Below, piece by piece: positions 15,176 through 25,578 of a DNA stretch of 64,000 nt (its first letter is position 1; each line of letters starts with the position of its first letter). A program made the position numbers and the translations under genes. Below the pieces are notes generated by a model. The model saw only the letters and a list, made by a program, of their open reading frames with translations, made no database searches and had not been told where the DNA came from. The stretch comes from Acidimicrobiales bacterium (GTDB lineage Bacteria; Actinomycetota; Acidimicrobiia; Acidimicrobiales; RAAP-2). The stretch is from the NCBI GenBank assembly GCA_017883045.1, contig JADGOJ010000003.1, positions 98 through 64,097 on the forward strand. Reading direction: 5' to 3'.

Positions 15176-16599
15176 TACCGGTTCCTCGAGCGGTAGAGGG
15201 CCCTCGGACCCGACGCGTCCTTCGCCAGGCGCTTGGTGAGGTACAGCCCCTCGAGCACGAACTCCGCGGCCGAGGCGAGCTCGCCGTCGGTGGCGCCAGG
15301 TCCGGCGACGCGGCGCACCGGCGCGTCGAGCGCGGGCATGGCGGCGAGCACCGCGAGGTAGTCCTTGTCGGGCAGGTCGTCGCCGGTGTGCACGATCGCC
15401 TCGGTGTTGAACGCGTCGACGATCGCCGGCGCCTCCTCCAGCAGCACGTGCTCGGTGAAGCACTGGCGCACCGCCAACGCCACCAGCGCCGCGATCACCT
15501 GGTCCGAGTCGCTGTCGTCCATGGTGTCGAACTCGATCTTGCCCTGGGTCGACTGGACCATCGCACTGAGGTCGCTGACGCGCGGCACGACCGAGGAGTC
15601 GTGCGTGCGCAGCGTCCGGCGCAGCGCGTTGGCCACCACCGTCTCGTAGTTCGCGATCGACAGACGGACCGACACCCCCGAGCTCTGGCTGATGACGTGG
15701 CTCTTGCGCGCGACGTGGCTGACACGCGCCACGATGTCGTCGATGAACCACGGCACCTTCACCGGCACCGGCGAGGTCGGCAGCTGGGCCTCCTGGTGGA
15801 TGATGGCGATCTCGGTCGTGAGCTCGTAGGGGTAGTGCGTGCGGATCTGGCTGCCGAAGCGGTCCTTCAGCGGCGTGATGAGCCGGCCCCGGTTGGTGTA
15901 GTCCTCGGGGTTCGCGGTCGCCACCACCAGCACGTCGAGGTTCAGTCGCACGAGGTGGCCGCGGATCTGCACGTCGCGCTCCTCGAGCACGTTGAGTAGC
16001 CCCACCTGGATGCGCTCGGCGAGGTCGGGCAGCTCGTTCATCGCGAAGATGCCGCGGTTCGACTTGGGCACGAGCCCGTAGGAGAGGGCCTTGGGGTCGT
16101 CGAGGAAGAGGCCCCCGGCCACCTTGATGGGGTCCACTTCGCCGATGAGGTCGGCCATCGAGGTGTCGGGCGAGGCGAGCTTCTCGGCGAAGCGCTGCGT
16201 GCGGTGCACCCAGGCGATCGGCGTGTCGTCGCCCTTCTGGGCGACCAGTTCGATGGCGTAGGCCGAGATCGGCGCGAAGGGGTCGTCACGGACCTCCGAG
16301 CCCTCGACGATGGGCAGCCACTCGTCGAGCAGCCCCACGAGCGAGCGGATCATGCGGGTCTTGGCCTGGCCGCGCTCGCCGAGCAGGATGATGTCGTGGC
16401 CGGCGAGCAGCGCCGTCTCGAGCTGGGGCAGCACCGAGTCCTCGTAGCCGAGCACGGCCGAGGTGAGGGGCTGGCCGTCGGCGAGACGCTGCTCGAGGTT
16501 GATGCGGATCTCCTCGCGCACCGACTTGGGCACGTAGCTCGACGCTCGCAGCGCTCCGAGGGTGGTCGGCAGTTCCGGGGGGGCGATTGGAGTGCTCAT
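15175..16599 (-). CDS. ChlI/MoxR-like AAA+ ATPase (annotated types: magnesium chelatase-like / sigma-54-interaction-domain protein)
   Basis: 474 aa with Walker A-like LLGERGQAKT and Walker B-like GIFAMNELPD, plus LLNVLEERDVQIRG, typical of ChlI/BchI-type AAA+ modules. Confidence 0.8.
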   Translation of the reverse strand: MSTPIAPPELPTTLGALRASSYVPKSVREEIRINLEQRLADGQPLTSAVLGYEDSVLPQLETALLAGHDIILLGERGQAKTRMIRSLVGLLDEWLPIVEGSEVRDDPFAPISAYAIELVAQKGDDTPIAWVHRTQRFAEKLASPDTSMADLIGEVDPIKVAGGLFLDDPKALSYGLVPKSNRGIFAMNELPDLAERIQVGLLNVLEERDVQIRGHLVRLNLDVLVVATANPEDYTNRGRLITPLKDRFGSQIRTHYPYELTTEIAIIHQEAQLPTSPVPVKVPWFIDDIVARVSHVARKSHVISQSSGVSVRLSIANYETVVANALRRTLRTHDSSVVPRVSDLSAMVQSTQGKIEFDTMDDSDSDQVIAALVALAVRQCFTEHVLLEEAPAIVDAFNTEAIVHTGDDLPDKDYLAVLAAMPALDAPVRRVAGPGATDGELASAAEFVLEGLYLTKRLAKDASGPRALYRSRNR

Positions 16600-16651
16600 G
16601 GGACAACCTTAAAGGTTCGCAATGGACTTCACCGCTCGCCCGAGGGCCCTC

Positions 16652-17815
16652 TCAGCGTCGAGCGAGCACCGTCTGGCGCACGACGGGACCGCCCGGCCGG
16701 TAGGCCAGGTGGGCCGCCCTTGGCGCGTCAAGCACCACGAAATCCGCCCTGGCGCCGACCCCCAGGTGGCCGATGTCGTCGCGGCGAAGCGCACGGGCTC
16801 CCCCGGCGGTCGCGGCCCACAGGGCCTCGCCGACGGTCATGCCCATCTCGCGCACCGCGAGCGCGATCACGAACCCCATGCTCGTCACGTACGAGGTGCC
16901 GGGGTTGCAGTCGGTCGCGAGCGCCACGACGGCCCTGGCGTCGAGCAGTCGGCGCGCCGACGGGTACACCGACCGGGTGGAGAACTCGGCCCCGGGCAGC
17001 AGGGTCGCGACGGTGTTGGACGAGCCCAGCGCCTCGACGTCGAGGTCGTTCACGTACGTGCAGTGGTCGACGGACGCGGCGTCGAGTTCGACGGCGAGCG
17101 CAACGCCGCCGATGTCGCCGATCTGGTTGCCGTGGAGGCGCGGCTCCAGGCCGGCCTCTCTGGCGCGCAGGAGGATCGCGCGCGCCTCGTCGACGCTGAA
17201 GGCCCCCCAGTCGCAGAACACGTCGGCCCACCGGGCCTTCGGGGCGCACGCCGCCAGCATCTCGCCCATCACCAGTTCGACGTAGCCGTCTCGATCGTTG
17301 GCGTACTCCTCGGGCACCACGTGGGCGCCGAGGAAGGTGACCTCGTCGCTGAACTCGCGCGCCACGTCGAGCAGGCGCGACTCGCCCGCCACGGTGAGCT
17401 CGTAGCCCGACTTGATCTCCATCGTGGTGACGCCGCTCGCGCGCAGCTCGGCCGCCCGCGTGGCGCTGAGCGCACGAAGAAGATCCGTCGGCGCCGCGCG
17501 CGTCGCCTCGACCGTCCTGGTGATCCCTCCCCCGTCGTAGCGCACGCCGGCCATGCGCGCCTCGAACTCGTCCGAGCGCTCCCCGGCGAACACCAGGTGC
17601 GTGTGGGAGTCGACGAAGCCCGGGATCACCGCCGAGTCGCACGCGTCGATCCACTCGTCGGCGGCGGGCGCGTCGGCGTTGGCGCCGACCCACAGGACGC
17701 GCTGCTCGTCGACGACCATGGCCGCGTCGTGCAGACGGCCCAGTGGAGAGTTGTCGCCGAGCGTGGGGTCGTTGGTCGTCAGCTCGGAGATGTTGACCAC
17801 GACGCGCGTGCTCAC
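16652..17815 (-). CDS. hutI: Imidazolonepropionase
   Basis: The GTG at 17815 is 2 nt after the hutU stop. Amidohydrolase signature PGFVDSHTHLVFAG, and the gene lies in the hut operon context. Confidence 0.9.
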   Translation of the reverse strand: MSTRVVVNISELTTNDPTLGDNSPLGRLHDAAMVVDEQRVLWVGANADAPAADEWIDACDSAVIPGFVDSHTHLVFAGERSDEFEARMAGVRYDGGGITRTVEATRAAPTDLLRALSATRAAELRASGVTTMEIKSGYELTVAGESRLLDVAREFSDEVTFLGAHVVPEEYANDRDGYVELVMGEMLAACAPKARWADVFCDWGAFSVDEARAILLRAREAGLEPRLHGNQIGDIGGVALAVELDAASVDHCTYVNDLDVEALGSSNTVATLLPGAEFSTRSVYPSARRLLDARAVVALATDCNPGTSYVTSMGFVIALAVREMGMTVGEALWAATAGGARALRRDDIGHLGVGARADFVVLDAPRAAHLAYRPGGPVVRQTVLARR

Positions 17816-17817
17816 CT

Positions 17818-19473
17818 CTAGCCCTCGCGCATGGGGATGCGCACGCCGCGCTGCTCGGCGGTCTCCTCGGCGATCTCGTAGCCGGCGTCCACGTGGCGGA
17901 TGACGCCCATGCCGGGGTCGTTGCGCAGCACCCGAGCCAGCTTCTGTCGCGCGAGGTCGGTGCCGTCGGCGACGCAGACCTGGCCCGCGTGGATCGAGCG
18001 TCCGATGCCCACGCCGCCGCCGTGGTGGATCGACACCCACGAGGCGCCCGACGCGGTGTTCACCAGCGCGTTCAGCAGCGGCCAGTCGGCGATGGCGTCG
18101 GAACCGTCGAGCATCGACTCGGTCTCGCGGTAGGGCGAGGCGACCGAGCCGCTGTCGAGGTGGTCGCGCCCGATGACGATCGGCGCCGAGACCTCGCCCG
18201 AGGCGACGAGGTCGTTGAAGGCGAGCCCGGCCAGGTCGCGCTCGCCGTAGCCGAGCCAGCAGATCCGCGCCGGCAGCCCCTCGAAGGCGACGAGGCTCTG
18301 GGCCTTGGTGATCCAGCGGTGCAGCGCCTCGTTCTCGGGGAAGAGCTCGAGGACCGCTCGGTCGGTGCGCGCGATGTCCTTGGGGTCGCCCGACAGCGCC
18401 ACCCAGCGGAACGGTCCCTTGCCCTCGCAGAACAGCGGCCGGATGTAGGCCGGCACGAAGCCGGGGAACTCGAAGGCCCGGTGGTAGCCGCCGAGCTGCG
18501 CCTCGCCGCGGATCGAGTTACCGTAGTCGAAGACCTCGGCGCCCTCGTCCAGGAAGCCGACCATCGCCTCCACCTGCTTGGCCATCGACACGCGCGCCCG
18601 GTCCGTGAACTCCTCGGGCTTCTTCTCGGCGTAGTCGTGCCAGTCGGCGAGGTCGATGCCCTCGGGCAGGTAGCTCAGCGGATCGTGGGCCGAGGTCTGG
18701 TCGGTGACGATGTCGACCTCGACGCCGCGCGCCAGCAACTCGGCGAAGATCGTCGCGGCGTTGCCCACCAGGCCGACGCTGAGGGACCGGCGCGCCTTCT
18801 TCGCCGCCAGCACGCGCACCAGCGCCTCGTCGAGGTCGGCCGTCCACTCGTCGAGGTAGCGGTGATCGACGCGACGCTGCAGGCGACTGGGGTCGACGTC
18901 GACGCAGAGGCAGACCCCGTCGTTCATCGTCACGGCGAGGGGCTGGGCGCCGCCCATCCCCCCAGCGCCGCCGGTCAGGGTCAGCGTGCCCGCGAGCGTG
19001 CCGTGGAAGCGCTTCTTGGCGACCGCGGCGAAGGTCTCGTAGGTGCCCTGGAGGATCCCCTGGGTGCCGATGTAGATCCACGAACCGGCCGTCATCTGGC
19101 CGTACATCGTCAGGCCCAGCGCCTCGAGGCGGCGGAATTCGGGCCACGTCGCCCAGTCGGGCACGAGGTTCGAGTTGGCGATCAGCACGCGCGGCGCCCA
19201 TTCGTGGGTCTGGAAGACCCCGACCGGGCGGCCCGACTGCACGAGCATCGTTTCGTCGCCCTTCAGGGTCGTGAGCGTGCGCACCAGCGCGTCGAAGCTG
19301 CGCCAGTCGCGCGCGGCGCGACCGGTGCCGCCGTAGACGACGAGGTCGTCGGGGCGCTCGGCGACCTCGGGGTCGAGGTTGTTCTGGAGCATGCGCAACG
19401 CCGCCTCCTGGGGCCAGCCCAGCGTCGACAGGGTGGTTCCTCGCGCGGCACGAACGGGACGGGCACCTTCCAT
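17818..19473 (-). CDS. hutU: Urocanate hydratase
   Basis: 551 aa with the typical urocanase N-terminus ([39 protein letters not shown]) and length. Confidence 0.95.
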   Translation of the reverse strand: MEGARPVRAARGTTLSTLGWPQEAALRMLQNNLDPEVAERPDDLVVYGGTGRAARDWRSFDALVRTLTTLKGDETMLVQSGRPVGVFQTHEWAPRVLIANSNLVPDWATWPEFRRLEALGLTMYGQMTAGSWIYIGTQGILQGTYETFAAVAKKRFHGTLAGTLTLTGGAGGMGGAQPLAVTMNDGVCLCVDVDPSRLQRRVDHRYLDEWTADLDEALVRVLAAKKARRSLSVGLVGNAATIFAELLARGVEVDIVTDQTSAHDPLSYLPEGIDLADWHDYAEKKPEEFTDRARVSMAKQVEAMVGFLDEGAEVFDYGNSIRGEAQLGGYHRAFEFPGFVPAYIRPLFCEGKGPFRWVALSGDPKDIARTDRAVLELFPENEALHRWITKAQSLVAFEGLPARICWLGYGERDLAGLAFNDLVASGEVSAPIVIGRDHLDSGSVASPYRETESMLDGSDAIADWPLLNALVNTASGASWVSIHHGGGVGIGRSIHAGQVCVADGTDLARQKLARVLRNDPGMGVIRHVDAGYEIAEETAEQRGVRIPMREG

Positions 19474-19489
19474 ACAGACTCCTTTGCGG

Positions 19490-21019
19490 TTACGACAGCG
19501 AGACGTGGCGCGCGGCGATGTCGAGCAGCTCGCCGCTGCGCACGAGCTCGCCGACCCCGGCGATCTCGGGCGAGAGCCAGCGGTCGTGCCCGGGCCCGCC
19601 CGAGACGGCGTTGACCCGCTCGCTCACCGCCGCGGTCGCCAGTGACGCGCTGAGCGGCTCGCGCAGGGCGAGGGCCCGCGCCGCGGCGAGCAGCTCGATG
19701 GCGAGCACGTCGGCGAAGGCCTCGAGGGACTTGCGCAGTTTGCGCGCCGCGTGCCAGCCCATCGAGACGTGGTCCTCCTGCATCCCCGACGAGGGGATCG
19801 AGTCGACGCTCGCGGGCGACGCGAGGCGCTTCATCTCCGTGACCAGGGCCGCCTGGGCGTACTGGGCGATCATCAGCCCCGAGTCGACGCCGGCCTGGTG
19901 CGCGAGGAACGGCGGCAGTCCGTAGCTGCGCGAGACGTCGAGCATGCGGTCGGTGCGCCGCTCGGACATCGAGGCGACGTCGGCCAGGGCGATCGCGAGG
20001 AAGTCCAGCACGTAGCCGATCGGCGCCCCGTGGAAATTGCCGTTGGAGACGAGCGAGCCGTCGGCCAGCACCGAGGGGTTGTCGATCGACGAGGCGAGCT
20101 CGACGTCGGCGACCCGCGTGGCGTGGGTGAACGTGTCGCGCGCCGCGCCGTGGACCTGGGGGGCGCAGCGCAGCGAGTAGGCGTCCTGGACCTGGCTCGG
20201 GTCGTCGAGGTGCGAACTGACGATCTCGGAGTCGGCGAGCAGCGCGGCCAGGTTCGCGGCGCTGACGAGCTGGCCGGCGTGGGGGCGCAGGGCGTGGACC
20301 TCCTCGAGGAAGACCCGGTCGGTGCCGCGCAACGCCTGGATCGACATGGCCGCCGCCACGTCCATCAACCGCATCAGCGCCACGCCGTCGTCGATCGCGA
20401 GGATCAGCTGACCGAGCATGCCGTCGGTGCCGTTGATCATGGCGAGGCCCTCCTTCTCGGCGAGCACGACCGGGGCGAGCCCCGCGTTCGCGAGCGCGTC
20501 GGCGGCGAGCATGCGCTGGCCGCCGCGGTCGCGCACGTCGCCCTCGCCCATCAACGCGAGCGCCACGTGGGCGAGCGGCGCGAGGTCGCCCGAGCACCCG
20601 AGCGAACCGAACTCGTGCACGATCGGCGTGATGCCGGCGTTGAGCAGCGCGCAGTACGCCTGGGCGGTCGAGGGGCGCACGCCCGACACGCCGCTGCAGA
20701 GGTTGGTGAGCCGCGACATCATCATCGCGCGAACGACCTCGGTCTCCACCTCGGGCCCGACGCCCGCCGCGTGGCTGCGGATCAAGGACCGTTGCAGGTC
20801 GCGTCGCTCGTCGGGCGAGATGAAGGTCGTCGCCAGCGAGCCGAAGCCGGTGGAGAGCCCGTAGACCGGCGTGCCGCTGCTGACCAGCGCGTCGATGGCG
20901 GCGCGCTGGCGTTCCAGCCGCGCGATCACGTCGACGCCGATCGAGACCGGCTCGAAGCCGCGCGCCACCGCCACGAGCTGCTCTCTCGCCAGCGGCTCCA
21001 CGCCAATGGTCACCGTCAT
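19490..21019 (-). CDS. hutH: Histidine ammonia-lyase
   Basis: 509 aa with [19 protein letters not shown] (the Ser-His pair typical of HAL) and the MIO-forming region [14 protein letters not shown]. Confidence 0.95.
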   Translation of the reverse strand: MTVTIGVEPLAREQLVAVARGFEPVSIGVDVIARLERQRAAIDALVSSGTPVYGLSTGFGSLATTFISPDERRDLQRSLIRSHAAGVGPEVETEVVRAMMMSRLTNLCSGVSGVRPSTAQAYCALLNAGITPIVHEFGSLGCSGDLAPLAHVALALMGEGDVRDRGGQRMLAADALANAGLAPVVLAEKEGLAMINGTDGMLGQLILAIDDGVALMRLMDVAAAMSIQALRGTDRVFLEEVHALRPHAGQLVSAANLAALLADSEIVSSHLDDPSQVQDAYSLRCAPQVHGAARDTFTHATRVADVELASSIDNPSVLADGSLVSNGNFHGAPIGYVLDFLAIALADVASMSERRTDRMLDVSRSYGLPPFLAHQAGVDSGLMIAQYAQAALVTEMKRLASPASVDSIPSSGMQEDHVSMGWHAARKLRKSLEAFADVLAIELLAAARALALREPLSASLATAAVSERVNAVSGGPGHDRWLSPEIAGVGELVRSGELLDIAARHVSLS

Positions 21020-21933
21020 CCGAGTCTCCTTCGCACGCCCGCGAGCGCTTCGAGTACCAACAGGGCCGCGAGGCGGACCGTGCGCTGATCGTCAGCGTCG
21101 CGCTCGACGTCGACCTCGGTCAGGTCCAGCACGCTCACCACCGAGTGGTTCGCGACGGTGCGCACGAAGCGGCGCATCTCGTCGGCGCTGAAGCCGCCCG
21201 GCGCCGCGGCCGGGCAGCCCGGCACCACCGACCGGTCGGCCGCGTCGAGGTCGATGTCGACGTAGACGCGCCGACCACCGCGACTGGCGATCGCCACCGC
21301 CCGGCGGGCGGCCTCTTCGACGCCCTCGTGGCTGACCCGGTCGCGGCCGATGACGGTGACCCCCGCGTCGTGGGCCCGCTTGGCGTAGAAGGCGGAGTTC
21401 GAGAAGTCGGCGAGGCCGACCTGGACCACGTGGTGGCCGTCGAGGCCGTCGTCGATCAGCTGGCGCACGGGCGAGCCGTTGGACGAGCCGTCGCGCATGT
21501 CGAGGTGGGCGTCGAGCGTGATCAGGCCGTACTTCGAGTAGTCGCCGCCGCAGACCGCGCGCATCGCGTGCCAGGTGGCCGCGTTGTCGCCCCCGAGCAC
21601 GATGCGCAGCGCCAGCTCGTCGTCACAGGCCGCGAGCGCCTCGGCGACCCGGGCGTCGCCCCCCTCGGCGTCGGGGTCGACGACGTTGCCGTAGTCGACG
21701 ACCGCCACGTGCTCGGCGAGGTCGGCGCCGTCGCCGAACATCCAGGTGGAGTAGCGACCGAGGGCTTCGCGGATGGCGTCAGGAGTGCTGGTCACCGAGC
21801 GCGGGGTCACCGAAGTGGCGTAGGTGTGCACGCCCACGAGGCCGACGTTGCGACGTCCCTCGACTGGCCGGTCCTTCAGCAGCGACGCCGCCGACGGCCA
21901 GTTGGGATCGCTCGAATTCACCACGTTGCCCAT
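21016..21933 (-). CDS. hutG: Formimidoylglutamase (arginase/ureohydrolase fold)
   Basis: The ATG at 21933 (MGNVVNSS) gives 305 aa. Metal-binding motifs LITLDAHLDMRD and VYVDIDLDAAD are present. The stop overlaps the hutH start. The track ORF extension to 22254 overlaps the upstream gene. Confidence 0.8.
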   Translation of the reverse strand: MGNVVNSSDPNWPSAASLLKDRPVEGRRNVGLVGVHTYATSVTPRSVTSTPDAIREALGRYSTWMFGDGADLAEHVAVVDYGNVVDPDAEGGDARVAEALAACDDELALRIVLGGDNAATWHAMRAVCGGDYSKYGLITLDAHLDMRDGSSNGSPVRQLIDDGLDGHHVVQVGLADFSNSAFYAKRAHDAGVTVIGRDRVSHEGVEEAARRAVAIASRGGRRVYVDIDLDAADRSVVPGCPAAAPGGFSADEMRRFVRTVANHSVVSVLDLTEVDVERDADDQRTVRLAALLVLEALAGVRRRLG

Positions 21934-21959
21934 GTTACGCACGTGCCTACGAGGCGTTC

Positions 21960-23096
21960 CTAGGGCGTCGCTGCGCCGGTGGTGGTCGAGGCGGGCGTCG
22001 CGGTCGTGGTGGTCGCACGCGTCGGCGAGGGGATTTTCGCCCGGGCGTGACAACTCGGTGGGCTCAGAGCCAGGGGTTGGGGCTGGAGCCGCTTGACGGC
22101 GGCGACGACGCCCGGGCTCTGCCAGTTGCACGACCAGGCGTTCGGCTCGCCCAGTGCGACGAAGAAGTCCCGTTGCCAGCCGGTCGCGTAGATCGAGGCG
22201 TTGTGCTGGCTGTTGGGGATCTGCACGTTGAACACCCCCGCGGGGCCGTGCCACGGTCGCGACGCGGCGCCGGCGATGGGCCAGAAGGGGTTGATGTCGA
22301 GCTCCATCCCCGTCACCACGCCCGCCGCGACCAGCGCTTGGGCGAGCGCGACGGGCATGACCGGTTGCATCGTAGCGACGTAGACCAGGTTGCCCCTTGC
22401 GTCGACGCCGAGGCCGGAGCGCGCGGTGAGCGGGTTGTTGTTGAGCGGCGATCCCCAGATGTGCCAGTTCGACGAGCGCGCCGAAGGCGTCGGCGCGCCG
22501 TGCAGCACCATCGGCACCAGGTTCTGGCGGTAGCTGATCGGGTGGAAGCCCCTCGCCGGGAAGGTGCTCGCGCCCCAGACGCCCATCTCCCAGTGGCCCG
22601 CGCGGTCGAGTGCGATCGTCATGTACCCCGGCACGAGGTGGATCAGCACGACGCCGTCGACGACGGCGCCCCCGGCGAGGGCCGACTGCTTGAAGGCCCC
22701 GTTGAAGACCGCGACCACGCCGGCGGGGCCTTCGTTGGCCCAGTCGATGCGCGGACCGGCGTCGGCGGGGGCCTGGGCCCAGAGGTTGGGGTCACCGCTG
22801 CCCACGTGCCAGCGCAGCAGCGTGGTGCGCGCGCGCATGCGGATCACGCGAAAGACCGCCCCGCCGGCGCGCACGTCGCGAAAGTCGACCATGACGCCAC
22901 GATTCGACGCGCTCACGGCCGTCCAGCCGGCCTGACGCGGCTCGGGCGCGATCGTCGTCGTGGTGGTGGCCAGCGTTGACGTCGTCGTGGCGCTGACCGT
23001 GGAGTGGTTCGTGGCGACGGCGACGGCGACGACCGCCAACGCGACCACCAGCGCGGCGTAGCGCCACCGACCACTGGGCAGCCGGGGCCGGATCAC
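21960..23096 (-). CDS. Secreted/anchored phosphodiester glycosidase-family (DUF2233-like) protein
   Basis: N-terminal TM/signal anchor (YAALVVALAVVAVAVA) and a Thr-rich linker. Segments AVFNGAFKQ, GLGVDARGNLVYVAT and GMELDINPFWP resemble that family. Assignment is from memory only. Confidence 0.6.
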   Translation of the reverse strand: MIRPRLPSGRWRYAALVVALAVVAVAVATNHSTVSATTTSTLATTTTTIAPEPRQAGWTAVSASNRGVMVDFRDVRAGGAVFRVIRMRARTTLLRWHVGSGDPNLWAQAPADAGPRIDWANEGPAGVVAVFNGAFKQSALAGGAVVDGVVLIHLVPGYMTIALDRAGHWEMGVWGASTFPARGFHPISYRQNLVPMVLHGAPTPSARSSNWHIWGSPLNNNPLTARSGLGVDARGNLVYVATMQPVMPVALAQALVAAGVVTGMELDINPFWPIAGAASRPWHGPAGVFNVQIPNSQHNASIYATGWQRDFFVALGEPNAWSCNWQSPGVVAAVKRLQPQPLALSPPSCHARAKIPSPTRATTTTATPASTTTGAATP

Positions 23097-23104
23097 CGGC
23101 GTGC

Positions 23105-24640
23105 CTATCGCTCGACGACGCGCACGCCGCTGTCACCGGGCTCTTCGGTGTCGGCGGGGAAGAACTTCGGGACCTCGGTGGGCTCGTGGCCGTGGTGCAG
23201 GTCGTCGACGTACACCGGTGCGGGTGTCGCCACGTACTCGCCCTCGGCGGTGCGCGTGACCACGTTGGGGGTCTTGCGCTTGCCGCCGCCCTTGACGGCC
23301 TGGAGTTCCTTGCAGATCTTGTACGTGATCGGGTAGGCCACGAACGGCGCCGTGATGCAGAGCACGCGCATCGTCCAGAGCACCGTGTTGAGCGACACGT
23401 GGAAGAAGTTGGCCATGACGTCGGTCGAGCTCGCGATGAAGAGCATGCCCAGCAGCGCCAGCATCGCCACGCCCGCGGCGGTGCGCTTGGGTCGGTCGCT
23501 CGGACGGTCGAGCAGGTTGTGCATCGCGTCGTCCTTCGTGAAGCGCCGCTCGATGGCCGGCCACGCGAAGACGATGTTGAAGATCAGGCCCGGCAGCAGC
23601 ACCGCGGGGATGAAGACCTCCCACGGGATCGTGAAGCCGAAGCTGTGGAACGACCACGACGGCCAGATGCGCAGCGCCCCGTCGAGGAAGCCCATGTACC
23701 AGTCGGGCTGGACGGCGTAGGAGATCCGCGAGGCGTCGTAGGGGCCGAACTGCCAGATGGGGTTGACCTGGGCGAAGGCGCCGAGCAGCGCGGTGATGCC
23801 GCTGATGACGAAGAGGAAGCCGGTGGTCTTGGCCATGAAGACCGGGAACATCGGCGAGCCGACCACGTTGTTCTCGGTGCGACCCTCGCCGGGGAACTGC
23901 GTGTGCTTCTGGCGCAGCAGCAGCGCCATGTGCGCGGTGACCAGACCGATGATGATCAGCGGCACGATCAGCACGTGCAGGATGAAGAAGCGCGGGATGA
24001 TCGCGGTGCCCGGGAAGTTGCCGCCGAACACGAGGAAGCCGAGGTACGACCCGACGACCGGGATCGACAGGATGATCGAGTACGCGATGCGGATGCCCGT
24101 GCCCGAGACGAGGTCGTCGGGCAACGAGTAGCCGAGGAAGCCGTTCACGATCGCGAGGATCAGCAGCGTCCCGCCGATCGTCCAGTTCAGCTCGCGCGGC
24201 TTGCGGAAGGCGCCGGTGAAGAACACGCGCGCCATGTGCACGACGATGGCGCCGACGAAGATGTCACACGCCCAGTGGTGCATCTGGCGCATCAAGAGCC
24301 CGCCGCGCACCGCGAACGAGAGGTCGACCGACGAGGAGAACGCCTGGGTGACCTTCTGTCCGTCGAGCGGCAGGTAGCCGCCGTGGTACGTGACGATCGC
24401 CTGGCTGGGTATGTAGTACAGGGTCAAGAAGACGCCGGTGACCATGAGCACGACGAACGAGTAGAGCGCGATCTCGCCGAGCATGAACGACCAGTGGTCG
24501 GGGAAGATCTTGTCGAGGAACGTCCGCCCGCCCTTGGCGATGCCCAGGCGGTCGTCGAGTTCGTCGAGCGACTTGCCGACGCGTCCGTACGGCCCGAGCG
24601 CCGCCTGCTTCGCGCGCTTGGTGTTCAGTACGTCGGTCAT
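23105..24640 (-). CDS. qcrB: Cytochrome bc1 complex cytochrome b subunit
   Basis: 511 aa, polytopic, with the typical actinobacterial QcrB N-terminus (FLDKIFPDHWSFMLGEIALYSF). Follows qcrA with a 4-nt overlap. Confidence 0.95.
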   Translation of the reverse strand: MTDVLNTKRAKQAALGPYGRVGKSLDELDDRLGIAKGGRTFLDKIFPDHWSFMLGEIALYSFVVLMVTGVFLTLYYIPSQAIVTYHGGYLPLDGQKVTQAFSSSVDLSFAVRGGLLMRQMHHWACDIFVGAIVVHMARVFFTGAFRKPRELNWTIGGTLLILAIVNGFLGYSLPDDLVSGTGIRIAYSIILSIPVVGSYLGFLVFGGNFPGTAIIPRFFILHVLIVPLIIIGLVTAHMALLLRQKHTQFPGEGRTENNVVGSPMFPVFMAKTTGFLFVISGITALLGAFAQVNPIWQFGPYDASRISYAVQPDWYMGFLDGALRIWPSWSFHSFGFTIPWEVFIPAVLLPGLIFNIVFAWPAIERRFTKDDAMHNLLDRPSDRPKRTAAGVAMLALLGMLFIASSTDVMANFFHVSLNTVLWTMRVLCITAPFVAYPITYKICKELQAVKGGGKRKTPNVVTRTAEGEYVATPAPVYVDDLHHGHEPTEVPKFFPADTEEPGDSGVRVVER

Positions 24641-25578
24641 ACGTGGCGCTCCCAGAAGCCGGGCCCGATGGGCACGTGGTAGTCACTCTGCGCGCGCAGG
24701 TTCCCGTCGGCGTCGACGTAGAGCGGGAGCTGGGGCAGCGGACGCGGCGCCGGTCCGAACTGCGGGATGGCGCCGTTGTTGACGTTGAACATCGACTGGT
24801 GGCACGGGCAGACGAGCAGCTGGAGCTGCTGCTCGTAGAGCCCCACCGGGCAGCCGAGGTGCGTGCAGACCTTCGAGTAGGCGACGTAGCCCTTGGGCGC
24901 CCACGTCTCACGGCCCTTCTGGGTGGTGAAGTCCTCGTTGGAGAGCCGGATCAGCACGGTCTGGTCGACCGCCTGGCCGCGGTCGGTGTCCTGGGTGCCC
25001 TCGGGGAAGACCGTGACGATCGAGCCGACGGCGAGGTCGCCGACCTGCACCCGGCGGCCCGACTGGTCCACAACGTACGAGCCGTTCTTCCAGTCGGTGT
25101 GGTCGAGGGTTCCCTTGGGCAGCGGCCCGAGGCTGCGCAGCAGCGGGAACATCGCCACGACCCCGAAGATCCCGAGCCCCCCGCCGAGCAGGCCGCCGAG
25201 GACCTTGCGACGCTTGACGACGTCGCCGCCGCGCTCGACGATGGCGGCGGCGAAGGCGTCGCGGTCGGCTTCGGAGTTGGCGAGCGTGTGGCGCTCTTCG
25301 ACGAAGGGGCCCCTCGGCATGAGGTACTTGCCCCACGCGATGAGACCGACGCCGAGGAAGAACATCGCGCCGCCGAGCGTCGCGCCGAGCTTCCAGGGCT
25401 GGGCGTTGATCCAGTAGCAGGCGCCGAAGGCCACGAGCAGCGCGATGCCGATGAGGAACATGACCGCGATGACGCGCTCGACCAGCTGGGGGTTGTTCGC
25501 CGACGGCTCCAGGTGCGGGTACTCGTGCTCGAGCCCGGCCACCGAGACCGGCGTGCGGATTTCTTGGTTCTCGCTCAA
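24637..25578 (-). CDS. qcrA: Rieske iron-sulfur subunit of cytochrome bc1
   Basis: Rieske boxes CTHLGCP and CPCHQSMF. N-terminal TM helices. Confidence 0.95.
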   Translation of the reverse strand: MSENQEIRTPVSVAGLEHEYPHLEPSANNPQLVERVIAVMFLIGIALLVAFGACYWINAQPWKLGATLGGAMFFLGVGLIAWGKYLMPRGPFVEERHTLANSEADRDAFAAAIVERGGDVVKRRKVLGGLLGGGLGIFGVVAMFPLLRSLGPLPKGTLDHTDWKNGSYVVDQSGRRVQVGDLAVGSIVTVFPEGTQDTDRGQAVDQTVLIRLSNEDFTTQKGRETWAPKGYVAYSKVCTHLGCPVGLYEQQLQLLVCPCHQSMFNVNNGAIPQFGPAPRPLPQLPLYVDADGNLRAQSDYHVPIGPGFWERHV

